Assembly: GCA_000214015.2 (NCBI GenBank)
Contig: CAID01000007.2
Span: forward strand, 250,927 to 281,072
Source of the DNA: Ostreococcus tauri
Lineage: Eukaryota
DNA: 30,146 nt
Direction of reading: 5' to 3'
Of this stretch, positions 1 through 8,563 are shown piece by piece (position 1 is the stretch's first letter; every line of letters begins with the position of its first letter). A model generated the notes under the pieces. That model ran no database searches, was not told where the DNA came from, and saw only the letters and a list, made by a program, of their open reading frames with translations. The position numbers and the translations under genes are program-made.

Positions 1-1019
1 AGTATAGTCATGTTGTACTGGTGGACAAGATCGAAAAATTGCTTGTGGCGCTTTGACAGCTTCAACGTGTAAATACGCAGCGTGTTCACGCCAGCAGCAG
101 CCATGAGCGGTACATCGCGTTCAAATATTCCAGCGTATTCATTGGTAAAAAAGTCGCCGTACGGCTCGAACCAGTCCGGATCCCAGCCAATAGGGACTGG
201 GGAATAACAAATTGCGCGCATCAGCCATGGTTTACCGTCGAGGTACAATGTACGACCTAATCGACGCACGCGTCCCGTGTCCCACGTGGTGTTTAACAAC
301 GGTGGATCCAAGAAACGCTTGAGATATTGCTTCGCCGATCGTCTGCCGTTTTCAAAGTCGTCGTCAACGAAGGCTGGATCGTAAATCTCATCGTCGCTCA
401 ACGCGAGCCCTGGCTGAAGAGTTCCCGCCTTGGACTTTGTGCGACCATCCCTATCTTTGTCGTCCTTGGATCCGCGCGATTCGCCTTCCGCTACATTTTT
501 CGCACTTTGCGAGCGTTGTGACGTCTGCCCCAGCGAAGGAAGCAGTCGCGAACTACGCGCTACTTTGCCCATCGTCTCCTCGATCGCCCTCGGCCTCGGC
601 TCGTTGAAGTCCCACACCGTCCCTGATAAATGCTCATTCAACGCATCGACGTCGATCCCACGTCCGACGTCACCATTTCCATCGTACACACCAAAATCTG
701 CCGATCGCGCCGTTCCGAGATCACCGTCCGAGACGCCGACGCGCGCACCAACACCCTCGCGCGCGTCGACTCGCGCGCGCCCGTCCGACGTCGCGCCCCC
801 CCCCCCGCGCGCCCCCCATTCCCCCGAGGTCGATCCCACGTCCACGTACCCGGACGATATCGCGAACGCGACCCCCAGCGCGCCCGCGAGCGCGATCCAC
901 GCCCGTCGGTCGAGCGCGACCGTCCGCCAGCTTTCTCGGCGACCCGCACGCCGTGCTCTCTCGCCCGCGCCCTCCCGCGCGCGCGCGCCGAGCATCGGCG
1001 CGCGCTCCGCCGCGCTCAT
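1..1019 (-). CDS. Partial gene whose C-terminus lies beyond the left edge. Type II membrane (signal-anchor) protein with a glycoside-hydrolase-like TIM-barrel N-terminal region (GH72/GH5-like pattern).
   Basis: Missing from the ORF track because it runs off the window edge. The reverse frame is open from above 1160 down to base 1. In-frame ATGs lie at 1019, 995 and 572. Translation reads MSAAERAPMLGARAREG..RRAWIALAGALGVAFAISSGY (hydrophobic anchor), then a Gly/Asp-rich spacer, then ..LYLDGKPWLMRAICYSPVPIGWDPDWFEPYGDFF..ERDVPLMAAAGVNTLRIYTL. That last stretch resembles the first strands of clan GH-A glycosidases or glucanosyltransferases. Both the start codon and the family are uncertain. Confidence 0.5.
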   Translation of the reverse strand, partial: MSAAERAPMLGARAREGAGERARRAGRRESWRTVALDRRAWIALAGALGVAFAISSGYVDVGSTSGEWGARGGGGATSDGRARVDAREGVGARVGVSDGDLGTARSADFGVYDGNGDVGRGIDVDALNEHLSGTVWDFNEPRPRAIEETMGKVARSSRLLPSLGQTSQRSQSAKNVAEGESRGSKDDKDRDGRTKSKAGTLQPGLALSDDEIYDPAFVDDDFENGRRSAKQYLKRFLDPPLLNTTWDTGRVRRLGRTLYLDGKPWLMRAICYSPVPIGWDPDWFEPYGDFFTNEYAGIFERDVPLMAAAGVNTLRIYTLKLSKRHKQFFDLVHQYNMTI

Positions 1020-1271
1020 CTCCCTCGCCCCGGTCGCCGTGGACGCTGGCCGTGGCGACGCCGCGACGGATGACGCGCGCGCGCGATGCGGGCGCGGGCG
1101 ATGGGCGCGCGTCCCATACTTTGCGCAGTATTCACCGATCAATGCGACTCGTCGATCGATCACCCGTCGCGCGCCCGCGATGCGATCGCCCTCGACCGCG
1201 ACGTCGACCGGCACGACCTCGCGCGCGCGCCCGGGACGATCGCACCGAGGCCCGGACGTCGCGCGGGGAAG

Positions 1272-3152
1272 ATGGCGCGCGCGACCGCGCGCGCGATGGC
1301 ATCGTCCACGCGCGCGACGCCGCGACGATGGGACATCGCGTCGAGCGCGGCGCGCGTGGTGACAATGGTGTTGGCGCTCGCGACGACGCGCTCGACCGTC
1401 GCGCGGGCGAGCGAGGATGAAGCGACGGGAGAGATGGAAGAAGAGTTGACCACGGCGTCGCTCGGGGGCGAGAGAGCGCGCGAGTGGGGCGTCGCGCGCG
1501 GTATCGCGAGCTTGAACGCGAAGCCTTTGAATTATAGGGGGGCGCTCGAGGTCGCCGGCTTGGGAAGCGCGCAGCGCGCGAATGGTGCCGGGTTCGACGT
1601 GACGTTGACGGAGTTTGAGCACTATATGAAGTTACACGGGAGAGATAGGGCGGCGTACTGCCAGCGAAAGGAGGGAAACGCGAAGGGAGCGCGAACGTGC
1701 AGGCAGGCGCTCGCGGAGGCTGAAGAGAGTTTCCTACGTAACCGCCACACCGTGCGACAACACAACAAGGACTCGAGCAGCACTTACAAGTTGCGCCTGA
1801 ACAAGTTTGCGGATCGTGATCCGGACGAGTTCCACGCGACGCAGTACAAGTATCGCGCGCGACCGATCACCGCGGAGCACGAGACGCAACTCGCAGCGAA
1901 GCGTGATGCGCGCACGAGCGCAAACGAAATGCAGTTGGGGAGCTCAGAAGGTCAGAATCGAGCGCTCCCGAAGTCATTCAACTGGGGTGATGTCCCCAAC
2001 GTAATGGGACGTGTGCACAGTCAGAAACCGGACTGTGCCTCGTGTTGGGCGTACGTGACGACGGATATTCTCGAGTCTCTCATGGTCATTCACAACATCT
2101 CAAACTCACACGAGGAGTTGGCGGTAGACGAGCTCATCAACTGTGATACTTACGACAGTGGGTGCGCCACTGGTAACATGTTCACTGCCTTTGAGTGGAT
2201 CGAGACCGTGGGAGGTCTCTCTGGAAACGATAAATTTGCATCTGTCCTTGCCGACGTCGGCAGCCGCCCATTGAACTGGTTCACATCTGATGAGTTCAAG
2301 ACAAAGGCGAGAAGTAATGAGTTACAAGACGAATTTGAGGCGATGCCTGACCCTCACTTCGAAACGATGCCGCAAACGAAACCGGGCGTGACGCTCGAGA
2401 AGATTCAGGAGGCTGCGTGCTCGTCGGCCGTGCGGCCACAAATTCCGCGAAAGGTGCAAGTACTTGGATATTGCGAGCTTTCGCTGAGCGGTGGTGAAAA
2501 GGAGCTGATGTATGCCCTCATGAAGTCACCAGTCGCGATCGGCGTGAATGCGAACTCGAAGTTTCAGCTTTATGACTCGGGCATCTTGCGCATGAAAGAC
2601 TGTCCTCCAGCTTATCATACGGCAAATACGATGTACACATCCATCAATCACGCCGTTTTGTTGACCGGATGGGGCGAGGAAACGATGCCGAATGGAGAAA
2701 TTGTGAAGTATTGGAAATTGAAGAATAGTTTTGGGTCTGATTGGGGCGAGAATGGTTACTTTCGTCTTGAACGAGGACCGCTGACATCAGAAGGACTGGG
2801 CACATGTGGTATGTACTTTGAAAGCGTTTACCCAATCCTCAAGTTACCGGGAGCGGAAAGGAAGTGTACGCCCGGCGCATCTTTCCGAACAGACTACTAC
2901 CGCGCTCTCATGGCCGCGCACGCGCGAGCAGGCGCATGGCGAAGTATCACTCCCAACTCAAAAATACCCAGTGTTGAGGAACGTGATGGGAACGGGTACA
3001 TTCTCCTATTCGGTGCGGTTATGGTCACGGTGATGACGTTAATGATCGCGTTTGTGACTCGCGTGAATTCGTTGCGCAAATCGTTGGATCATGAAGCGCG
3101 TGCGCCTCTTTTGCCGAACGATGGAGCAAGTCACGTCTCGCAAATTGTGTGA
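1272..3152 (+). CDS. Papain-family (C1A) cysteine protease precursor with I29-type propeptide, an internal insertion and a C-terminal transmembrane anchor
   Basis: First plausible ATG is at 1272 (MARATARAMASS..AARVVTMVLALATT, signal-like); the track ORF begins at 1086. Propeptide: FEHYMKLHGR..YKLRLNKFADRDPDEF. Catalytic Cys in QKPDCASCWAYV, His in SINHAVLLTGWG, Asn/Trp region in YWKLKNSFGSDWGENGYFRLERG. About 60 extra residues lie between Cys and His. Near the C-terminus is the TM helix GYILLFGAVMVTVMTLMIAFV, followed by a 30-aa tail. Confidence 0.9.
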   Translation: MARATARAMASSTRATPRRWDIASSAARVVTMVLALATTRSTVARASEDEATGEMEEELTTASLGGERAREWGVARGIASLNAKPLNYRGALEVAGLGSAQRANGAGFDVTLTEFEHYMKLHGRDRAAYCQRKEGNAKGARTCRQALAEAEESFLRNRHTVRQHNKDSSSTYKLRLNKFADRDPDEFHATQYKYRARPITAEHETQLAAKRDARTSANEMQLGSSEGQNRALPKSFNWGDVPNVMGRVHSQKPDCASCWAYVTTDILESLMVIHNISNSHEELAVDELINCDTYDSGCATGNMFTAFEWIETVGGLSGNDKFASVLADVGSRPLNWFTSDEFKTKARSNELQDEFEAMPDPHFETMPQTKPGVTLEKIQEAACSSAVRPQIPRKVQVLGYCELSLSGGEKELMYALMKSPVAIGVNANSKFQLYDSGILRMKDCPPAYHTANTMYTSINHAVLLTGWGEETMPNGEIVKYWKLKNSFGSDWGENGYFRLERGPLTSEGLGTCGMYFESVYPILKLPGAERKCTPGASFRTDYYRALMAAHARAGAWRSITPNSKIPSVEERDGNGYILLFGAVMVTVMTLMIAFVTRVNSLRKSLDHEARAPLLPNDGASHVSQIV

Positions 3153-3374
3153 GAGTGTTTTAGAGATCGCGTTGTGTAATGATGACGAACGTTAGCTTCC
3201 AGCGATTATCAAGACCACGCGCGTGGCGTATTTATTACATCGTCAATTTCTTCTCTAATTGGGCGAGTCACGCGTCCATCGTATACAGAATGAGATAAAG
3301 GTGCGGCTTGCGAGAACATGCAAGAAATGTATTGTCGTTGAGCTTTTGTCTCAGTTCAGCTCACCGCCAAGCAG

Positions 3375-4388
3375 TCAAGTTGATTCCTCGAACGATCGAC
3401 TGGCATCGCATTCATCAGTGAGACACTCACCAGTATCTTCTTCGACTGCCTTTGTGGCCAACTTACCCACGTATCCCGCGCTGAAAGCGGCCAGTCCAAT
3501 GCCGAAGGCAGTTGAGAGAAGCGCTCCGAGACCCGCCGTGCCCTCAACAGCTTGCCTCGTCGCCATACCCGCGGATACGTACGCGAAGGTACCCGGCATC
3601 ATTCCAAAGAAGGATCCGATTACGTACGACCGGAATTTTACCGAGGTCAGGCCGTAGAGATAGTTGCTGATTGCGAACGGCATCAAAGGCGAGAGTCGCA
3701 TGATGCAGACAACTCGCAGACTGTCCTCTCCAATGGCTTTATCGATCGCCTTGAACTTCGGGTAACCGTCCGCAATCTTCCGAACCTTATCCCTCGCCAC
3801 ATATCGAGAGATAAGAAACGCGATAGTGGCCGCTATCGTCGCCGACACTGTGACGAGAAGAGTGCCGGAGTACGTGCCGAACAAGGCGCCCGCCGACATT
3901 GTCAACGGAAACGCCGGCACCGCCAGCACCTCCAACGCGACATATCCCACCAAGAATAGTGCGTAACCTGTCGGACCGAGTGAATCGACGTAATCGACGA
4001 AAACACCGAGCGAACCGATGATGTCATCTTTAAACGTGATCCCGCTCACCGCCAGCGCGACCAACGCGGTTATGCTGACAATAAGACTCACGTTCACCCC
4101 CTTCTCCCCCGACCCCTCACTCCCGAGCACGACCGCGCTCGATTCATCTTCTCTTTCCGTCATCCCACCGTCGTTCACATCCGCGCATCCGACACCGTCG
4201 TCGTCCTTCAACACGGCGCGCAATCGCGTCTGACGCTTCGTCGCCCCCTCCGGAGCACCCACCCACGCGCGCGTCTCGATCGAACGCCCGCGTCCAACGA
4301 CACCCGCACCCACGGATCGTCGTCGTCGTTCGCGCGCGATCCCTCCCGCCCGCGCGTTCGCGCGCACGGCCACCGCGCGCGTCGCCAT
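3375..4388 (-). CDS. TVP38/TMEM64 (DedA, SNARE-associated Golgi protein family) multi-pass membrane protein with a transit-peptide-like N-terminus
   Basis: The ATG at 4388 (MATRAVAVRANARAGG..) is in frame with track ORF 3375..5276. The upstream part of that ORF is antisense to the neighbouring transporter gene, so I discarded it. Multiple TM helices are present, plus the family-typical segment LEVLAVPAFPLTMSAGALFG..IAFLISRYVARDKV..RLSPLMPFAISNYLYGLT. Confidence 0.85.
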   Translation of the reverse strand: MATRAVAVRANARAGGIARERRRRSVGAGVVGRGRSIETRAWVGAPEGATKRQTRLRAVLKDDDGVGCADVNDGGMTEREDESSAVVLGSEGSGEKGVNVSLIVSITALVALAVSGITFKDDIIGSLGVFVDYVDSLGPTGYALFLVGYVALEVLAVPAFPLTMSAGALFGTYSGTLLVTVSATIAATIAFLISRYVARDKVRKIADGYPKFKAIDKAIGEDSLRVVCIMRLSPLMPFAISNYLYGLTSVKFRSYVIGSFFGMMPGTFAYVSAGMATRQAVEGTAGLGALLSTAFGIGLAAFSAGYVGKLATKAVEEDTGECLTDECDASRSFEEST

Positions 4389-4752
4389 CGTTCGCCTTCT
4401 CGGCGTTCGCCCTCGCTCGAGCCGCCCGTCGCGCGCGCCGACGTCCACGCTCGACCGCGCGCGAGGACGTCGACGCGACGCCTCGACGCCGCGCTCGCAC
4501 CCTCGTCGGCGCGCGCGCGGTGAACGACGCGCGTCGCGGCGTCGCGGCGTCGTCGGCGCCGCGTCGTCGTCGCGGCCGTCGCTGGTGTCCGCGGTGGTGA
4601 CAGCGATGGGGTTAAAATACGCTCCAAAGCGTCGCGCGCGGACGATGTGGTGTGGATAAGCACGTATGCGCGAACAGTGTGTAGGGTATAGACGGATAAA
4701 AAACACGCCGCGCGCGCGCCGGTCGACGCCGCGCCACGCCTCGACGGTCGAG

Positions 4753-5823
4753 ATGGCGATCGCGCGCGCGGTGGAACTCGGTGTCGCCGTCGCGGGCGTC
4801 TTCGCCGCGTTCGGCGCGTTCGCGGTCGCGCAGGAGGACGTGTACAAGCGAACGTACGGCGATGGGAGATTCGCGGCGACGTTTTTCGTCCTGGCGTGCG
4901 AGCGCGCGGTGAACTGCGCGTTCGCGCTCTTGGGATTGATTCTCGTCGGTGGATCAGGAGTCGTCGTCCCTCGCAGAGACGTGCTGAGTAGTGGGGCGTC
5001 ACAGATGCTCGCGATGGCGGCGAGCAACGAGGCGCTGCGATACGTCTCGTACCCGACGCAAGTGCTCGGAAAGTCGTGCAAAATGGTCCCGGTCGTCGTC
5101 GGGGGGCTGGTTCTCGGTGGAAGGACGTTCACGGCGTCGCAGTACATGAGCACGGCGTTTATCACGATCGGGGTGGTGGTGTTTAACTTGGGGGCGGACG
5201 CGAGGAGGGCGAGCGGCGTCGACAGCGCGTACGGACTTACCCTGATTGGAGTGTCGCTGGTCATGGACGCCATCACGGGAGGCTTGCAAGATCGCGTGAA
5301 GAGATCGACGAAAGCGCTGAATCAGGGGCGGGCGAACGCGAGACCGAGCGTGTACGAGAGCATGCTGTACACCAATCTGAGCGGCGCCGTGGTCGCCGTT
5401 GGCTTCGCGCTCGTCACCAGACAGATGGAGACCGGTTTACGCGCGTGCCTTGAGCACGCCGAACTCGCCCGTGCTGTGCTCGTGTACTCGTTTGCGAGTG
5501 CCATCGGCCAGAACTTCATATATTACACCATCACCAATTTTGACGTTCTCGTGCTCACAACGGTGACGACAACGCGCAAAATTTTCTCCACAGTGTACTC
5601 CGTGTTCAGGGATCCTAGCAACGAATTGAACCGGACGCAGTGGTTTGGATGCAGCTTGGTGTTCACATTCCTCGCCCTCGACGCGGTGACGTCGTCTCTT
5701 CGCTCGGGTGTCGCGCGTAAGACGGCCGACGTCACAAAGTCGGCTCCGTCCAAGTCTCAAAAAGCGCTCGACAGCGCCTCCAGCACGACCATTCGTCGTC
5801 GTTCCGCGCGTCGAGCGTCCTAG
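4753..5823 (+). CDS. Nucleotide-sugar transporter, UAA/SLC35B family
   Basis: ATG at 4753 (MAIARAVELGVAVAGVFAAFGAFAV). Family-typical motifs include AQEDVYKRTYG and MAASNEALRYVSYPTQVLGKSCKMVPVVVGG. The hydropathy suggests about 10 TM helices. Divergent from the TVP38 gene across a 364-bp gap. Confidence 0.85.
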   Translation: MAIARAVELGVAVAGVFAAFGAFAVAQEDVYKRTYGDGRFAATFFVLACERAVNCAFALLGLILVGGSGVVVPRRDVLSSGASQMLAMAASNEALRYVSYPTQVLGKSCKMVPVVVGGLVLGGRTFTASQYMSTAFITIGVVVFNLGADARRASGVDSAYGLTLIGVSLVMDAITGGLQDRVKRSTKALNQGRANARPSVYESMLYTNLSGAVVAVGFALVTRQMETGLRACLEHAELARAVLVYSFASAIGQNFIYYTITNFDVLVLTTVTTTRKIFSTVYSVFRDPSNELNRTQWFGCSLVFTFLALDAVTSSLRSGVARKTADVTKSAPSKSQKALDSASSTTIRRRSARRAS

Positions 5824-6007
5824 AATATTTAATGACATCATTCAACGTCGCGCGCGTCGTGCGCGCGGTCGCGCCTTCGGACGCGGGACGCGTCGCCGTC
5901 GCGTCGCTCAACTTTTCCCAAAACAAAACACCCGATCTCGCCTCGAATGGTCCCAACACCCACGCATCCACCCATGGTCCAAATTACGCCGCGCGCACAC
6001 GATCAAG

Positions 6008-7831
6008 ATGCCGCGACGACGCTCGCGCGCGACGAAAACGTCGACGATGATCATCGCCGTCGCGTGCGCGGCCGCGGGAACGAGCGCGGCGAAGACGAGC
6101 GACGACGCCAACCGCGCGCCGATGCGCGGGGGCAGGCACGAGCGCGCGTTTCAAGACTTCTTAAACCGCTACGGAAAGGTGTACTGCGACGGGGGGAGCA
6201 CAAAGGCGGTGTGTAAGACGTCGTTACGTCGTCAGGAGGTGTACTTCGCGAACATGGTGATGTACGAGAAACACAACTCGAACGAGCGCGCGTCGTACAG
6301 GGTGCGGGAGACGAAATTCAGCGACCTCACCGAGGAGGAGTTCGCGCAGAGATGGCTCACGTACACACCCGTCAAGTCGCTTGACACGGCGCTTGGGCTT
6401 GGGCTGGACATCGATGAACCGTCGGAGTCCACGCTCGGGGGGGCGGAGGGCGAGACGGGGCTTGGGGAGACGAAGGGGAAGTTCGCGCGGCGCGCGAGGT
6501 GGTCGCGACAGCAGCGCGAGAGGGCGCGAGCGAACCTTCGAGCGCAGGAGAACAGACAAGGACAACCGGACACGGCAGTTGAGGGTGCTTCCGATGCGAG
6601 CGGTGGTTTGGGTGCGACGGGTGAGCCGCCGAAGGGCTACCCGGAGCAATTCACTTGGCGCTCACCTCCCGCCGGTTACGGTAACGTCGTCGGTCTGGTG
6701 CACGACCAACAGGATATGTGCGCGTCGTGCTGGGCCTTCGTCACCGCTGATTCCATCGCGAGTCGCATCGCGGTCATTAACAAGGGCGATGATGCCCCTC
6801 GATTGAGCGTGAAGCAGCTCATGGCCTGCGACGACATCGATCACGCGTGCTCCACGGGAAATATGTACACGGCGTACGAGTGGCTCGGACAGCATGGAGG
6901 CATCAGCACCATGGAAGACTACAATGAGAAGGTCCCGGGTGAGCGCGAGGACGACCCCGAAGCGCAGTGCGCCGCGGAAGCGGAGCACAAATATAACACG
7001 CCCGCCATGTGCGATTTGGAGCAGGTCCTGGGTGAGGAACCACTGTACAGGGCGATCTACGAGCGCGGGCCGGTGGCGGTAGGCATCAACGCGAATAGAC
7101 TGCAAGCTTACGATGATGGTGTCATCATGATGGATGATTGCCATCCGCTTGGTCGCGGAATCTCGTCAATCAATCACGCTGTGCTCGTCGTCGGCTGGGG
7201 AGTCACGAAGGATGGCATCAAGTATTGGGAGCTCAAGAATTCCTACGGACCCAAATGGGGGGACCAAGGTTTCTTCAAGCTCGAGCGCGGTCGTATCGGT
7301 GCGCATGGTTTCGGTACGTGCGGTCTTCTGTTCGAATCCGTGTACCCAATCGTGACTACGGGCAAATCGGCGCCGTCCACTGACGCCCCGTGCGTCGAGG
7401 GTTCTGTGCAAAAGGTATCATACTACCGCAATGAAACGCTGAACCCGGGCGCGGGGCTTGGTGATGATACCGATATCAATCAGGACAACATGGGTGCCGC
7501 AATGACCCCGAAATCCGATTCGGCAAAGCTCGCTCTGAATGTGGAGCCACGCGACAAGGACGTCGCTCCGCTGAGCCACGTGAAAAACATGAAAGCTGAC
7601 AAGGGTGCGAAGCGACGCGGCGAATACCATGCGATCATGGCGTCTCTCGGAAACGCGCAAACTTCCACTGGACGCTCCAATCTCGACATCAACATCATTG
7701 CGCCGCTGGGAGCGTGCGTGGCTCTCATCATCGCCGTGGTTGTCGCCGCACGTCGCCAAGTCATCGAGTCCCACGAAGAGTCCGCGGCTCTCCTCGCCGA
7801 GAACGTCCCACACGGCTCGACCTTGGTCTGA
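6008..7831 (+). CDS. Papain-family (C1A) cysteine protease precursor with a C-terminal transmembrane anchor; paralog of 1272..3152
   Basis: ATG at 6008 (MPRRRSRATKTSTMIIAVACAAAGTSAA, signal peptide). Propeptide: FQDFLNRYGKVY..YRVRETKFSDLTEEEF. Catalytic motifs are QQDMCASCWAFVTADS, SINHAVLVVGWG and YWELKNSYGPKWGDQGFFKLERG. C-terminal TM helix IIAPLGACVALIIAVVVAA, then a 26-aa tail. Confidence 0.9.
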   Translation: MPRRRSRATKTSTMIIAVACAAAGTSAAKTSDDANRAPMRGGRHERAFQDFLNRYGKVYCDGGSTKAVCKTSLRRQEVYFANMVMYEKHNSNERASYRVRETKFSDLTEEEFAQRWLTYTPVKSLDTALGLGLDIDEPSESTLGGAEGETGLGETKGKFARRARWSRQQRERARANLRAQENRQGQPDTAVEGASDASGGLGATGEPPKGYPEQFTWRSPPAGYGNVVGLVHDQQDMCASCWAFVTADSIASRIAVINKGDDAPRLSVKQLMACDDIDHACSTGNMYTAYEWLGQHGGISTMEDYNEKVPGEREDDPEAQCAAEAEHKYNTPAMCDLEQVLGEEPLYRAIYERGPVAVGINANRLQAYDDGVIMMDDCHPLGRGISSINHAVLVVGWGVTKDGIKYWELKNSYGPKWGDQGFFKLERGRIGAHGFGTCGLLFESVYPIVTTGKSAPSTDAPCVEGSVQKVSYYRNETLNPGAGLGDDTDINQDNMGAAMTPKSDSAKLALNVEPRDKDVAPLSHVKNMKADKGAKRRGEYHAIMASLGNAQTSTGRSNLDINIIAPLGACVALIIAVVVAARRQVIESHEESAALLAENVPHGSTLV

Positions 7832-7943
7832 ATCACTCTTTGTAAGGTAATATAACAATGACGGACGATTTTCGTTGACATACGCGTGACGCTCGCTTCG
7901 TCCGCACTAGTTGCCTCACCACTCCCCCAAGGTCGCCCGCGTC

Positions 7944-8516
7944 ATGAACTTCGTGCGCGACGTCGCGCACTCACTCGAGCGCACACTCGGTATTTCCTCC
8001 GCGGACGACCTAGACCTCAGGCGTACCGACGTTGCCGCCGTCTCGCACGCGCTGGGCGAGCTCGGGAGATTACAATCTGAGCTCTCTCGCTCGGCGCCCT
8101 CTGTAGACGCTTCGGACGTCCAGAAGGCGCGATTCACCGCGACTTGGACCTTGGCGCACAGCGCTGACGCGCGACACAACACGCGAGCGATTCAGATGTT
8201 GGAGTCGAACGGAAGAGGAGAAGCTGAAAGCGTCGAGCGCAGGGCGGAGCGGTGGCGAGACGACTTCGGCGAGGCGGCGACGGATCGAGACTTACACTAC
8301 CTGAGAGCAGTCGCACACTACAACGGAAGGGATTACGAAAAGGCTCGAGCGGCGGCGTTCGATGCACTGCGCTGCGATCCGGAGTGTCGGCAGGCGGCGG
8401 ACGTGCGAGAGGCGGCGGAGGAGGCGCTCGCGCGAGACGGTTTGGTCGCCGCGGGAGCGATCGCGGCGGTCGGGCTGGCGGTGATAGGGGCGGCCGCCGC
8501 GACGTCGAAAAGGTGA
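7944..8516 (+). CDS. FIS1: Mitochondrial/peroxisomal fission protein FIS1 (TPR-like, tail-anchored)
   Basis: The track start at 7911 is TTG; the first ATG is 7944 (MNFVRDV..). The region RDLHYLRAVAHYNGRDYEKARAAAFDALRCDPECRQAADVREAAEEALARDGLVAAGAIAAVGLAVIGAAAATSKR is collinear with the FIS1 TPR2 region. It is followed by a C-terminal tail-anchor helix and terminal basic residues. Confidence 0.8.
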   Translation: MNFVRDVAHSLERTLGISSADDLDLRRTDVAAVSHALGELGRLQSELSRSAPSVDASDVQKARFTATWTLAHSADARHNTRAIQMLESNGRGEAESVERRAERWRDDFGEAATDRDLHYLRAVAHYNGRDYEKARAAAFDALRCDPECRQAADVREAAEEALARDGLVAAGAIAAVGLAVIGAAAATSKR

Positions 8517-8550
8517 GAACATGACTCCCGTTCGTGGCATTAATGTTTCG

Positions 8551-8555
8551 TGTAA
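8551..8555 (+). terminator. TGTAA candidate polyadenylation signal for FIS1
   Basis: TGTAA lies 35 nt after the FIS1 stop codon. UGUAA is the dominant poly(A) signal in Chlamydomonas and Volvox; whether it is used in this lineage is assumed, not shown. Confidence 0.35.
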
Positions 8556-8557
8556 TT

Positions 8558-8562
8558 TTACA
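8558..8562 (-). terminator. TGTAA candidate polyadenylation signal for the ABCF gene
   Basis: On the minus strand the sequence reads TAA-A-TGTAA, so the motif starts 2 nt after the ABCF stop codon (8566-8564). Confidence 0.3.
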
Positions 8563-8563
8563 T

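Noticed and set aside
796-806. C11 homopolymer
   Set aside because: It lies within the low-complexity Gly-rich coding spacer of the left-edge gene, where it encodes GGGG on the minus strand. I see no evidence of phase-variation-type function in a eukaryote. It could be a site prone to sequencing error.
430-1362. Long plus-strand ORFs (430-1362, 630-1073, 953-1420) and minus-strand ORFs (638-949, 1132-1453) near the left end
   Set aside because: They start with TTG or GTG in the track and translate to Arg/Ala/Pro/Ser low-complexity sequence. They overlap the better-supported minus-strand glycosidase-like gene or the divergent promoter. This is typical stop-codon-poor GC-rich DNA.
4389-5276. 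N-terminal 296-aa extension of track ORF 3375-5276, plus ORFs 4208-5002 and 4144-4500
   Set aside because: These are antisense to the well-supported nucleotide-sugar transporter, have low-complexity composition and show no family similarity. The TVP38 homology and a transit-peptide-like Met begin at 4388.
8511-8517. AGGTGAG at the FIS1 stop codon as a possible splice donor
   Set aside because: The ORF already ends in the expected way for a tail-anchored FIS1, with a TM helix followed by SKR. No downstream exon is needed, and the ABCF gene's stop codon is only 47 bp away.
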